64,000 bases of DNA, from IMG/VR virus record IMGVR_UViG_3300028840_002431, positions 1-64,000 of that record. One strand, 5' to 3'. Below the pieces are notes generated by a model. That model had not been told where the DNA came from. It ran no database searches and was given only the letters and a program-made list of their open reading frames with translations. Position numbers and translations under genes: made by a program. Positions 24,344 to 33,087 of this stretch are shown here, one piece after another; the first letter of the stretch is position 1, and each line of letters opens with the position of its first letter.

Positions 24344-24864
24344 CAGAGAATAGCCTGTACAGTCAAATAATTATTACGAGATGGGACAGGACGTTGCACG
24401 ACTGATCCCACGAAGTTCCTGTTTGGCGCTCTAGGATCTCCCGAAAGCGTCCATTCGTCCTCGTTCGTCCAATAGCCTCTGAGCGAGAAAAGAAGACGGT
24501 CACTCGCGTTGTAGACGATTGGCACAAATGGACCACCCCCTGCCCTCGAAGCGTAGGTGTAACGTTCGTATGTTGAGGTCGTCATGAGCCAACCACCGAC
24601 ACCCAGAACAACGAACCTATACGTCGGCATGTTCCTGGTCATGGCTGTAAACTCGTCGGAAGATTCGTCAGAACCCCACAAGGCAAACCCGCCAAAACCG
24701 CCGTCGGTGATCGTGGTCAAGAAGTTGTCCTGTGTGGGTGGCACCCAGTTAAAACCCTGACCCCCAAGCCATCCAGCGGTGGCCACGCTTTCGGGCACTT
24801 CCGCCGTGAAGGTGAGAGCCTTCTGGAAAACGACAACATCACGTGAACGGAAAATTTCGGGCAT
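24343..24864 (-). CDS. Decoration-protein-like paralog 1 of 3
   Basis: Start reassigned to ATG 24864 (MPEIFRSRD, aligns with paralog N-termini). Confidence 0.75.
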   Translation of the reverse strand: MPEIFRSRDVVVFQKALTFTAEVPESVATAGWLGGQGFNWVPPTQDNFLTTITDGGFGGFALWGSDESSDEFTAMTRNMPTYRFVVLGVGGWLMTTSTYERYTYASRAGGGPFVPIVYNASDRLLFSLRGYWTNEDEWTLSGDPRAPNRNFVGSVVQRPVPSRNNYLTVQAIL

Positions 24865-24866
24865 CG

Positions 24867-25121
24867 TTATACCAGTTGATCCGACTTCTTCTTGCGTTCG
24901 GGCATCTGCCCCCAACCAGTGACAATCTCTTTCAACAGTTCAATATGAACCTGATCACCATTTACAATCTTCTCCCAAGAGCCAGCGCACCTCCTAAACA
25001 CCGATCGTATTGCCGAATAATCACGGAACCCCACCACGGTGTCGTCCGACACCATGTGCTTCACCATCTCCTTGATGACCTTATTGGCAAATACCTTCGG
25101 TTTTTTAGCTTCTTTGTACAT
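24867..25121 (-). CDS. Hypothetical protein
   Basis: 84-aa ORF filling the gap between terminase and paralog 1. Confidence 0.6.
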   Translation of the reverse strand: MYKEAKKPKVFANKVIKEMVKHMVSDDTVVGFRDYSAIRSVFRRCAGSWEKIVNGDQVHIELLKEIVTGWGQMPERKKKSDQLV

Positions 25122-25123
25122 AC

Positions 25124-27166
25124 CTATCTCACACCACGAAGACGTAACCCCAAACGGCGCGGGTCTACACGATCCGTGAAACCTCCATGCTTGCGTGCTC
25201 GCATCATTTGATAGCGACCCGGCGTCATGCCCGCGCCCATGTGGCGGGCACCCTCCTTGCCGTACACGAATTTCTCATCGCGCATACGCTCCGAAGTTAA
25301 CCATACCGCTCGCACAAAAGCGTCACTACGGTCGTCGTGGTGGCCCACGGTCTGCGGAGCCTCCACGACCACGATGTTCCTGGACATCTGTTGCGCTTGA
25401 AGTTCCAGTAGCTCCTCAATGAACGCCGAATGCCTACTACCTTGTTTGACTGGGAAATCGTACAAACGGAGACTCTCGTCGAACATCAGCATCTTCGTGT
25501 TCTGGTAGATACGTGACGTGAGGTCCCTCTGGAAGTACTCGCTCTTGAACTGTGTCAGCCCCTTCTTGAGAAGAGCCTGTTCCAACGGAATCCCGTTCCA
25601 ACGGTCAAAAAGACCGTGTGTTATGTGGAACCTCTTTGTTAGAACGTCGATCCAGTGGCCGATTTCGTCGAAGTCTAGACGGCTCGCGTCGCCCAAGAGT
25701 TTGCAGTACGGGGTTGTGAAATTATTACCCAGGTGTGGGTTCGACTCGCGCCAGTCAACACCGGCTTGCCAGTATTCGTGGTAAGCCAGCACAATCTTGT
25801 TGTTTTCGGCGCATGTTATCGCGATGGCCGTGCCGTCTCCCATCAACCCGATATCTATACCCATCTGGTAAGGGTAACGCGGAATCCCGACGACCTGAGG
25901 ACGCAAGTTGGGATCTACACATGAAACAAGATCCTCTTCCCGCTCGATCCAACCACGCACACGATCCGAGAACTGCGCTCCATGCTCTGTCATGAACACG
26001 TTGGCGTCCTCGTGGTACTTCTGCTTGTAGTAAGACTTCGGGATTGTCGGGTTCACCTCCCAGGTAGGGGCCTGGATTGCCAAAATGTTCTCAGACCCGA
26101 CACCCCTGCTCATCGCCAGATGGAATAGATCGTAGAACTTACCCACCTTATTGAGCGGAGACGAAATTGTGATGATTCGAGACTCGACAGGGTACATTTC
26201 CCCGTCGGACATCTTCATCGGCATCCCGTCGTCTCCCTTGGGAGAGAAGGCAGCCGTGCTGGGCGTTACAGCGTCGTATATGTCCTTGGCCGACGACTGG
26301 CCCGTGTCCTGGTAGTGGGCCATCTCGTCCATAATCACGACGATATTACCCGACCCACGAAGGCCCTTGGCTATACAACTCTTGAAGGTGACACGTAGAG
26401 TTGCCTTACCATTGAAACTGACGAACTTGCCGTCTTGGTGACGAAGCGTGGGTCCGTAGCGATCCAGGTCGTAGGGGGTCCTGAACTGAATGTGTGACAG
26501 GGTGTTGTTGGCGATATACGGCTTGAAGTAGTCACACTTCGCTAAGTGTGTAGTCACCTCGTTGAAAAGAATACCCGCCTGATCCTTATCGGTGGCCACC
26601 GACGTGATCTGGATGCGGTTCCCGTTAGGTAGCCCGTAATACTCCTGGGGGTTGAATAAATTTAGTAAACGGTAGACTTCGTAGCTGGCGAATATACCAC
26701 TGAGTGTTGTCTTCCCGGCACGACGGCCGATGGCCAAAACTAACTCGCGCCGTTCGTGATCTTGCTCCCCGATGTTACAACGACCCTCGTTGTACAGATA
26801 ATGGAGATACTCTTTCTCGGTGAACTCGTAGAGGAGATCCTCACCGAACATGTCGGTGACTCTTATGGTCTTTTCTTCGTCGTCTAACGGAAGATGGTAG
26901 TAGAGCTTGACGATAAAGCGCTGGGCCGGGAACAACTTCATCCCGATTCCCCAGGCTTGCTCGATGTACTCTATGATATTAAAAATACGGGGCTGAAACG
27001 GACGTACCTCGTCCTCGTCAAAACCGTCCGGGTCGAGTTCCCCGTCCGCTATCTTGTTCTGTAGCTGGATATCAAGCTGTTTTTGCTCTACAGCTTGCTT
27101 GGCGCGAACTCCAGCATCTCTAATGAGTGCTGAAACCCCTGCTCCGGATCGCTTTCTCTGTGCCAC
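25124..27166 (-). CDS. terL: Terminase large subunit
   Basis: Walker A IGRRAGKT, Walker B IVVIMDE, RNase H-like MGIDIG...D and HHDDRSDA. Confidence 0.92.
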   Translation of the reverse strand: MAQRKRSGAGVSALIRDAGVRAKQAVEQKQLDIQLQNKIADGELDPDGFDEDEVRPFQPRIFNIIEYIEQAWGIGMKLFPAQRFIVKLYYHLPLDDEEKTIRVTDMFGEDLLYEFTEKEYLHYLYNEGRCNIGEQDHERRELVLAIGRRAGKTTLSGIFASYEVYRLLNLFNPQEYYGLPNGNRIQITSVATDKDQAGILFNEVTTHLAKCDYFKPYIANNTLSHIQFRTPYDLDRYGPTLRHQDGKFVSFNGKATLRVTFKSCIAKGLRGSGNIVVIMDEMAHYQDTGQSSAKDIYDAVTPSTAAFSPKGDDGMPMKMSDGEMYPVESRIITISSPLNKVGKFYDLFHLAMSRGVGSENILAIQAPTWEVNPTIPKSYYKQKYHEDANVFMTEHGAQFSDRVRGWIEREEDLVSCVDPNLRPQVVGIPRYPYQMGIDIGLMGDGTAIAITCAENNKIVLAYHEYWQAGVDWRESNPHLGNNFTTPYCKLLGDASRLDFDEIGHWIDVLTKRFHITHGLFDRWNGIPLEQALLKKGLTQFKSEYFQRDLTSRIYQNTKMLMFDESLRLYDFPVKQGSRHSAFIEELLELQAQQMSRNIVVVEAPQTVGHHDDRSDAFVRAVWLTSERMRDEKFVYGKEGARHMGAGMTPGRYQMMRARKHGGFTDRVDPRRLGLRLRGVR

Positions 27167-27169
27167 ACG

Positions 27170-27781
27170 TCACCGAACCAAATTTTCTGCTTTCTCTTCC
27201 CAACCCTCCATCTCGGTCTGGAGTTTGTTGAAGAAGAGATCAAGCTGCTCAGGGGCTAAGGTTTCCTCGGCGGCGACACGAATCATATCGGTCCACAGTT
27301 TGAAAATCTTTTGGAACTTCTCGCTGTAGATATCCACCTGATCGAAGCCGATCTTACGCATCTCCATTTCAATGTCAGCGATTTTCTTCATCGCATCGAT
27401 ACGACGCGCCGAGATCCTGGTGATGTCCTTCCCCATTATCTCGTTCTGTTTACGCTGATAATGCAAAGCCGCTGCTTCGCGGGCGACCTCTGCCTTAAGG
27501 GTCGCCAACAGCTTTATAGGATCGGCTTCTGCCGCGCTCTTAACGACCGGGTCATCCGCGATGAACTCTTCCCGCTCCTCAGAAGTCTCCTCGTAGTAGT
27601 CCAACTGATCCTGGCTCGGCTTGTTGAACTTGCTGCCAGGGGGACGAGTGCGTTGCCCGGCCGCTCGACCGCCAGCCGGTACCTTGTCCTTGTTGTTCGC
27701 GGCCAGGAACAGCTTCGGACGCGGTTTCTCCTCTGTCCCCTCTTCCGGTACCTTTCCTTCTTCGTCTGGCATATTAGTCAT
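27170..27781 (-). CDS. Candidate terminase small subunit
   Basis: 203-aa helical protein immediately upstream of terL; positional inference only. Confidence 0.45.
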   Translation of the reverse strand: MTNMPDEEGKVPEEGTEEKPRPKLFLAANNKDKVPAGGRAAGQRTRPPGSKFNKPSQDQLDYYEETSEEREEFIADDPVVKSAAEADPIKLLATLKAEVAREAAALHYQRKQNEIMGKDITRISARRIDAMKKIADIEMEMRKIGFDQVDIYSEKFQKIFKLWTDMIRVAAEETLAPEQLDLFFNKLQTEMEGWEEKAENLVR

Positions 27782-28178
27782 TACCTTCTACCGGAGGAGT
27801 CCCACCCCCGCCTTCCGTTTCGATCAGGTATTGGCTCAGGTTGCTTACAGTGTCGTACCCCTTGTCTTTGGGGACCTGTTTGTCCAACACCTTCTCCATG
27901 TCCGTGTAGTCGTCAGCGTCTCCCGGCCACCCCTTGGTAACGTAATTGTATACGCTGACCTGAGAGGGTAACGGTTTGAAAACGTCTTTCGGACGGACAT
28001 CGTCTTTGTCTGGTTTCACCGTATCTTCACGCTCGTCCGTCGAGCCGTAATCCTCAACGACCTCGCGAGAAAGATCCTTTGGCTTGTTTACAGGCTGGGT
28101 AGAATCCCGCGCCTCTTCGCGGGCACTTTCCGCGATTTGAAAACGAGCCGCGACACGTAATGTTAAAGGAGATGTCAA
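27774..28178 (-). CDS. Hypothetical acidic protein with N-terminal LRVAARFQIA motif
   Basis: 134 aa; ATGA overlap with the upstream gene. Confidence 0.7.
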   Translation of the reverse strand: MTSPLTLRVAARFQIAESAREEARDSTQPVNKPKDLSREVVEDYGSTDEREDTVKPDKDDVRPKDVFKPLPSQVSVYNYVTKGWPGDADDYTDMEKVLDKQVPKDKGYDTVSNLSQYLIETEGGGGTPPVEGND

Positions 28179-30133
28179 AGCTTGACCTTCCCGGTTCCGA
28201 GTTGCACATCCACGATGTTAGGGTCCGGAGCCTCGTTAACAGAAACATCCATACCCTGTTGCATCTGGAACTCAGCCAAAGCAGAAGCCCCGTTGTTGAC
28301 CAATGAACCATATGAAACGTCCGTCGAGCGGCCGGACGCCAAGACTTCGCGCTGTTGGGCGGCCTTGTCCACATACGGAGGCTCGTCCACCAGACGCTTG
28401 TTGAGCTTTGAGCAGACTCCGGTGTTGACCTGATGGATACAACTTTCGCACTTCGAGCCTTGCTTCACATACCCGACCATACGAGTCCGGTGGAGACGGA
28501 CAGCTTCTTCACAACCCTTGCCGTAGTCGTCGTAAACCGACGGGTCCACGTAGAAGACGCCCTGTAGTCCTTGTTCGGCTACAACCTTCTTGAGTTCGTC
28601 CTTCGCGGCGACGAGATCCCGAACCTCAAACCGCGTCTTGAGAGCATCCAAAAGGTCGTTGCCGTACAAACCCTCGTTCATGTATTTTGACGCTTGTTTT
28701 GCCACGTCCTTCCGGGTCAAACCACTGGTCACATGGCCAACCTCCTGACCATGAAAACCTTCCATGAAACCCATACGGGTCGGGGCCACTTGAGAGTACG
28801 AAGCCTTCTTGGTCGCTTCGTGGATGGTCCTAAGCGCTTGTGCGGGGGTGTCGCCCCACTTTCGAGGAACGGCTTCCCATGGCGGCAACCGGCCAGCGGT
28901 TCGGTGTTCCTGGAGAACGGCATCTACTGTGTCCTGAGTAACGACCTCAGACGCATCCTTAATTAAAGGCTTGCCGTAAAGGAGGCATCGAGTCTTGTTG
29001 TAGATACACGAGGCACACTTGTCCCCGGCCACAATCGCCCTGACACCAGGGTTGTGTTTGGCCAGGAAATCAGCACCCGTGTGACAGTCGGCAAAACTGG
29101 CTTGCTTCGAGTAGACCACACCGTAGAGGCCAGACTCCTTGAACGTAGGTCCCCAGTAAGTGTGGGTGCGAGTCAGGAGGTCGGTATCAAAAGCCAACTT
29201 GAGCGAGCGCACCAACTCCTCGTGAGACAACCCCTTCACCATCTCCCGGTGAAGGAAAGCCACAACAGGACGGCCCTCTGCCGCCTGTTTGTCCCCCACG
29301 GGCTGGGACAACTGCTTTCGCACCTCTTGTTCGGGAACGGTGGCCTTGACCGTCCGGTCGAGACCCTGGCCCTCGTAATCATCCGTGCTCGACGTTTTCG
29401 GGGCAAGGAACGCTTGTCTGATCCGCTCTTTCGGGTCCGACGCCGAAGCTTTTACAGAACATCCGCAACCCTCTTGGTTACGCTCGATCGCTTCGGCCAA
29501 TTCATCAGAATACGGGATCTCGAACTGGATCTCTTTGTGGAAGACACCACAGTGCTTCCCGGTAGCTGTCTGACAGGCGTGAGAACAACCTTCGCACGCT
29601 TCTTTGCCCAAAATATACAGGGCCTTGTCCGCGTACCGTCGGACAAACTCCACCTGTTTGCCGCCTTGGGCACAGGCCGGGAAATCAGCGGCCGAAACGT
29701 AAAGGTCGCCCAAAAGCCCTCTCTCTTGCATGACTTCGGCAAGAACTTCACGATGATTGTGTAAATCGTCCATCGCGAAACGCTTTGTGAGTTCATCCCG
29801 AATCCGCCGAGAGTCGCTCGACTGCATCAAGGTAAACCGGGCGATCCTACGGATGGTATCGGCCTCTTCCCTGAGACGCCCGTGAGCCTGAGACATATCC
29901 CCCATGGTCCTCGGATCGTCGATGCCAGGGTTGGGAAGCGAAGAATTTGGGGTCAGATACGCGGAAGGGGACTCTCCTTCCCTGGCCCACAGAGCTTCAA
30001 GATCGGGCTGGATGTCCAAATTTTGTTTGGGCAACGTATCCATCTCACGATACGAGGTCTCGTCCACGTCGAGCCAATCCAAATTGGACACAGACGAGTC
30101 TTTCAAGAAATTATCGAGATCAAACGCTGACAT
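28175..30133 (-). CDS. Protein with three internal Cys-rich repeats
   Basis: Three E.GL.G..Y...C...CxxC...C...K.[IL] units. Confidence 0.75.
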   Translation of the reverse strand: MSAFDLDNFLKDSSVSNLDWLDVDETSYREMDTLPKQNLDIQPDLEALWAREGESPSAYLTPNSSLPNPGIDDPRTMGDMSQAHGRLREEADTIRRIARFTLMQSSDSRRIRDELTKRFAMDDLHNHREVLAEVMQERGLLGDLYVSAADFPACAQGGKQVEFVRRYADKALYILGKEACEGCSHACQTATGKHCGVFHKEIQFEIPYSDELAEAIERNQEGCGCSVKASASDPKERIRQAFLAPKTSSTDDYEGQGLDRTVKATVPEQEVRKQLSQPVGDKQAAEGRPVVAFLHREMVKGLSHEELVRSLKLAFDTDLLTRTHTYWGPTFKESGLYGVVYSKQASFADCHTGADFLAKHNPGVRAIVAGDKCASCIYNKTRCLLYGKPLIKDASEVVTQDTVDAVLQEHRTAGRLPPWEAVPRKWGDTPAQALRTIHEATKKASYSQVAPTRMGFMEGFHGQEVGHVTSGLTRKDVAKQASKYMNEGLYGNDLLDALKTRFEVRDLVAAKDELKKVVAEQGLQGVFYVDPSVYDDYGKGCEEAVRLHRTRMVGYVKQGSKCESCIHQVNTGVCSKLNKRLVDEPPYVDKAAQQREVLASGRSTDVSYGSLVNNGASALAEFQMQQGMDVSVNEAPDPNIVDVQLGTGKVKL

Positions 30134-30135
30134 AG

Positions 30136-31710
30136 TTATCCTTCTCTCTCGTAAGGACCTTCTTCAACCTCTCTCTGATATACATAGTCACATTCCATGT
30201 TGCGGGTGTCTGAGTCCCACTTGATGTACGGCTGGTTCCCCTGGTCGTAGCTGTACGCAGTCCCAGGTATCATGTCTCTCGGGGTTTCAACGGGAGCGCT
30301 CTCGACCTCAGGCACCTCACTGGTGGCGTTTACCTCATTGTCGGCCTTGTCTCCCTCGTAATAGTCCGAACGGGCGACAGAAGGCATGACATCAAGAGGG
30401 AGCATAGAACAAGCGGTCTTCCACTTCGCGTTACGACCGCCTACAGCCAGTTCAACGGTCGGTGTCGTGTCATCACGCTCTGTCGATCCGCCATCCAGGT
30501 CGCCGGGTAGTTCCGAAGACGGCCCATAAACACCACCATCAGAGTCAACAGTCCCATAACCTCCCGCGCCCTGGCCATGAGCATCGTTGCCATCGCCGTA
30601 CCCGATTCCGAAGTCGTAGCCTTTTGTGGGAGTGGGGTCGGTGTCCTTGTCCGGGAGATTTGAGGCCGCGCTTCGCATTGGTTCGATCTGAACACCTTCC
30701 GCAGCCTCAAGTTCCGCCTCTACCGATCCCGGCGTTACCAGGGTCTTAGACTTGGTCGAAGTCTTCAGGGTGCGGACAGTAGTACCCCGCACGCTGGCCG
30801 CTAACTCCCGATCCCGCTCCGCTGTCTTGTCCAACAGGTTGTTGTCCCACTCGCTTTGATAGAGGTACTCGTTCGGGACGCCGTCAGTCCGGCTCCATTC
30901 GTCGTGTGTGGACATCGGCTCTTCTGTGTTATGAGAGCCAAAAGGGCCAGTCTGATCCACATCGGCCCGGTCCAGGTGTTGGACACGAGGTCCAGGCAAC
31001 GTCTGGGTTGGAAGGGAACTACCCCGTCGATCGTAACCATACTCAGAAGCCTGTTTGACGTGCTGCCCGGACTCGACGACCTCCGCAGCGTCCGGCAGGT
31101 TAGCGTTATCAGGTAGCTGGGATTTCGGCTCCCCCTCCCCTTCTTCCATCTCCGCCCGCTCACCGCTCTGCTCTGCCTCCTCCATACCTTCTTCGACTTC
31201 TTCTTCCGGGTTCTCCATGATTTGCTCGGCCTCGCCCACGAGCCTTTCCACGCTTTCGATGTCGTTTCTTTCCAACTCTGCGAGCTTCGGCTTCCAGTGA
31301 GGGGCGTTGATCTCATCGTGAATGGTGTCGGAAATCGAAGACAACCCTTCAGCGGCGTTATAGAGCGCCTTACGTACCTCCTTGATGGACATCACATAAC
31401 CCTGGCCGCCGATGAGGCCGTCAGGGGATACTGTAGAAGACTTGATCTTGGACAACTGCCGATGAGCCGTCAGTGTGTGGCCCAGAGCAACGCTCATCGC
31501 CCAGAGTGTCTGGGCCAACGGCTTGAGAGCCTTGGGATCATAAGGAAAGTTCTTTGGGATCGCACGCTTCATGAAGCTGCCACCGCCGAAGTCATCCTTA
31601 GACTTGAACTGGTCTGGATCGAACTCCGCGACCTTTATTCGAGGTTCGAGGTGAGCCTCTCGCAAATGGCGGTCCAGAACGGCCTTTGTCTTTTCATACG
31701 CTTGCGGCAT
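30136..31710 (-). CDS. Hypothetical acidic protein, putative head-associated
   Basis: Start reassigned to ATG 31710, just after the upstream stop; repeated K/R-x-A-S-x-L-P units. Confidence 0.7.
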   Translation of the reverse strand: MPQAYEKTKAVLDRHLREAHLEPRIKVAEFDPDQFKSKDDFGGGSFMKRAIPKNFPYDPKALKPLAQTLWAMSVALGHTLTAHRQLSKIKSSTVSPDGLIGGQGYVMSIKEVRKALYNAAEGLSSISDTIHDEINAPHWKPKLAELERNDIESVERLVGEAEQIMENPEEEVEEGMEEAEQSGERAEMEEGEGEPKSQLPDNANLPDAAEVVESGQHVKQASEYGYDRRGSSLPTQTLPGPRVQHLDRADVDQTGPFGSHNTEEPMSTHDEWSRTDGVPNEYLYQSEWDNNLLDKTAERDRELAASVRGTTVRTLKTSTKSKTLVTPGSVEAELEAAEGVQIEPMRSAASNLPDKDTDPTPTKGYDFGIGYGDGNDAHGQGAGGYGTVDSDGGVYGPSSELPGDLDGGSTERDDTTPTVELAVGGRNAKWKTACSMLPLDVMPSVARSDYYEGDKADNEVNATSEVPEVESAPVETPRDMIPGTAYSYDQGNQPYIKWDSDTRNMECDYVYQREVEEGPYEREG

Positions 31711-31711
31711 T

Positions 31712-31996
31712 TTATCCCTTGAGAGGTTCACCGTTATCGTCAAACAAGCGCTCGATGAAGAAGCTGCCGTCGCCCTCCTTCTTGAGCGCCCAGAGGTCGC
31801 GGTCGCTCTTATGGATCAGAGTGTCCGACGACAACCGAACGAAGTTGTGCAAATCCTTGATCGAGGCGACCTTAGCCCGCCCTGTCATGGTTTGCGGACG
31901 TAAGATGTGTTCTTCGCGCTTGAACAGAGCATCCAAGCCCGTGGCACCCGATACTTCCATTTGACCAAGATCAAAATCTGCCATCCCTAACCTCAT
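31712..31996 (-). CDS. Hypothetical protein
   Basis: 94 aa; ATGA overlap (alternative start 31984, MADFDLG). Confidence 0.65.
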   Translation of the reverse strand: MRLGMADFDLGQMEVSGATGLDALFKREEHILRPQTMTGRAKVASIKDLHNFVRLSSDTLIHKSDRDLWALKKEGDGSFFIERLFDDNGEPLKG

Positions 31997-32910
31997 GTGA
32001 TATTGAGCGTCACCGGCACGTCTACGCTCATGTTAGAACTATATCCTGTGAATCTGAGAGTCTCATTGTAAGAACCGGAGGCCAGACTAGCGGACGGCGC
32101 TACCGTTACCGTAATCGGTTGAGAAGCACCTCCATTAAGAGACCCGTAAACAGGTGAATAACTGGTCAGCCATGTGGACCCCACCAACTGACGGATCTGA
32201 TAGTCGAGAACCGACGTTGGCGGACCGGAGTTCGTGAGATTAATTTGTTGTGACGGAATCGGCGGGTATGGTCCCGTCAGGGGCTTTGCCACATTGAACG
32301 TCAAACTCGTCGGCAACACCGTGATTTCGGAAAGCGGGCGCACGACAATGTTAACAGCCACCGTTTGCGGGCTGTTTGTGGCCGACGAACTCTGTACCGT
32401 CAATGTAGCCGAGTAAGGGCTGTTTATGGCCAGAAGGCTGGCGCTATCCACCGAAACATCGAAACGACCCGACTCGTTGGAAGCCAGACCACCTATGTTT
32501 GCCGGTAAGGCGGCCACATACGCGGCCGACGATGTAATCGTGACCGCCAGAAGCGAACCTAAGATTCCGTTGTTAGTGACCGTTACCGACTTGGCTTCCG
32601 AGACACCCCGACCTTCGTCTACGACGAAATCCAGAGTTAGAGGCGCGAGTAAGATGCTGGGCCGGTAAGCTAACAACATCTCCACAATGGAGTCGGCCAT
32701 CGCCTGGACGACCTCTCCTGGGATCGGTATGGAATCTCGCAAAAGGCCGTACGGCGAGACTATGTCCCTGACTTCCGTCGATACCGTTGACTGGGACACG
32801 TCGATGCGAGTCACCCACTTCCACGCACCGCACGGCAGCGAAACCTGAAATTGGTAATCTTGGTATTGGAGTGTAGACAAGGGAATAGTCCTCGTCTGAT
32901 CCCACTCCAT
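31993..32910 (-). CDS. Ig-like (BACON-type) tandem-domain protein
   Basis: Two repeats of P.TL.F......S..[IV].[LV]TN.G...L.Y.[IV]....W[LV]...P..G.L......V.V....L....Y...L........[VI].V.L.[VI]. Confidence 0.7.
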   Translation of the reverse strand: MEWDQTRTIPLSTLQYQDYQFQVSLPCGAWKWVTRIDVSQSTVSTEVRDIVSPYGLLRDSIPIPGEVVQAMADSIVEMLLAYRPSILLAPLTLDFVVDEGRGVSEAKSVTVTNNGILGSLLAVTITSSAAYVAALPANIGGLASNESGRFDVSVDSASLLAINSPYSATLTVQSSSATNSPQTVAVNIVVRPLSEITVLPTSLTFNVAKPLTGPYPPIPSQQINLTNSGPPTSVLDYQIRQLVGSTWLTSYSPVYGSLNGGASQPITVTVAPSASLASGSYNETLRFTGYSSNMSVDVPVTLNIT

Positions 32911-32922
32911 AAAAGAAAACCC

Positions 32923-32932
32923 TATAATTATA
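32923..32932 (-). promoter_or_regulatory. TATAATTATA palindrome containing a consensus -10 hexamer at the head of the structural operon
   Basis: Intergenic and AT-rich; TATAAT reads on both strands; no good -35 at 17 bp. Confidence 0.4.
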
Positions 32933-32940
32933 CGACTTGT

Positions 32941-33087
32941 TCAGTCCGCTCGAACCAATGTGTAGGCGGTCCGGGACTCGTCAAGTTCCCGCTTATAGGT
33001 CTCTTCTAACTCCTTCTCGGCCGCTTCCATCGCCGCGAGTGCGTCACTCTCAGCCTCTATTATAGGGAGCGGCTCCTTCTCACACAC
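32941..33087 (-). CDS. Small acidic protein (48 aa), not in the ORF track
   Basis: GTG TGT GAG AAG...GAC TGA gives MCEKEPLPIIEAESDALAAMEAAEKELEETYKRELDESRTAYTLVRAD; start overlaps the upstream stop. Confidence 0.5.
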   Translation of the reverse strand: MCEKEPLPIIEAESDALAAMEAAEKELEETYKRELDESRTAYTLVRAD

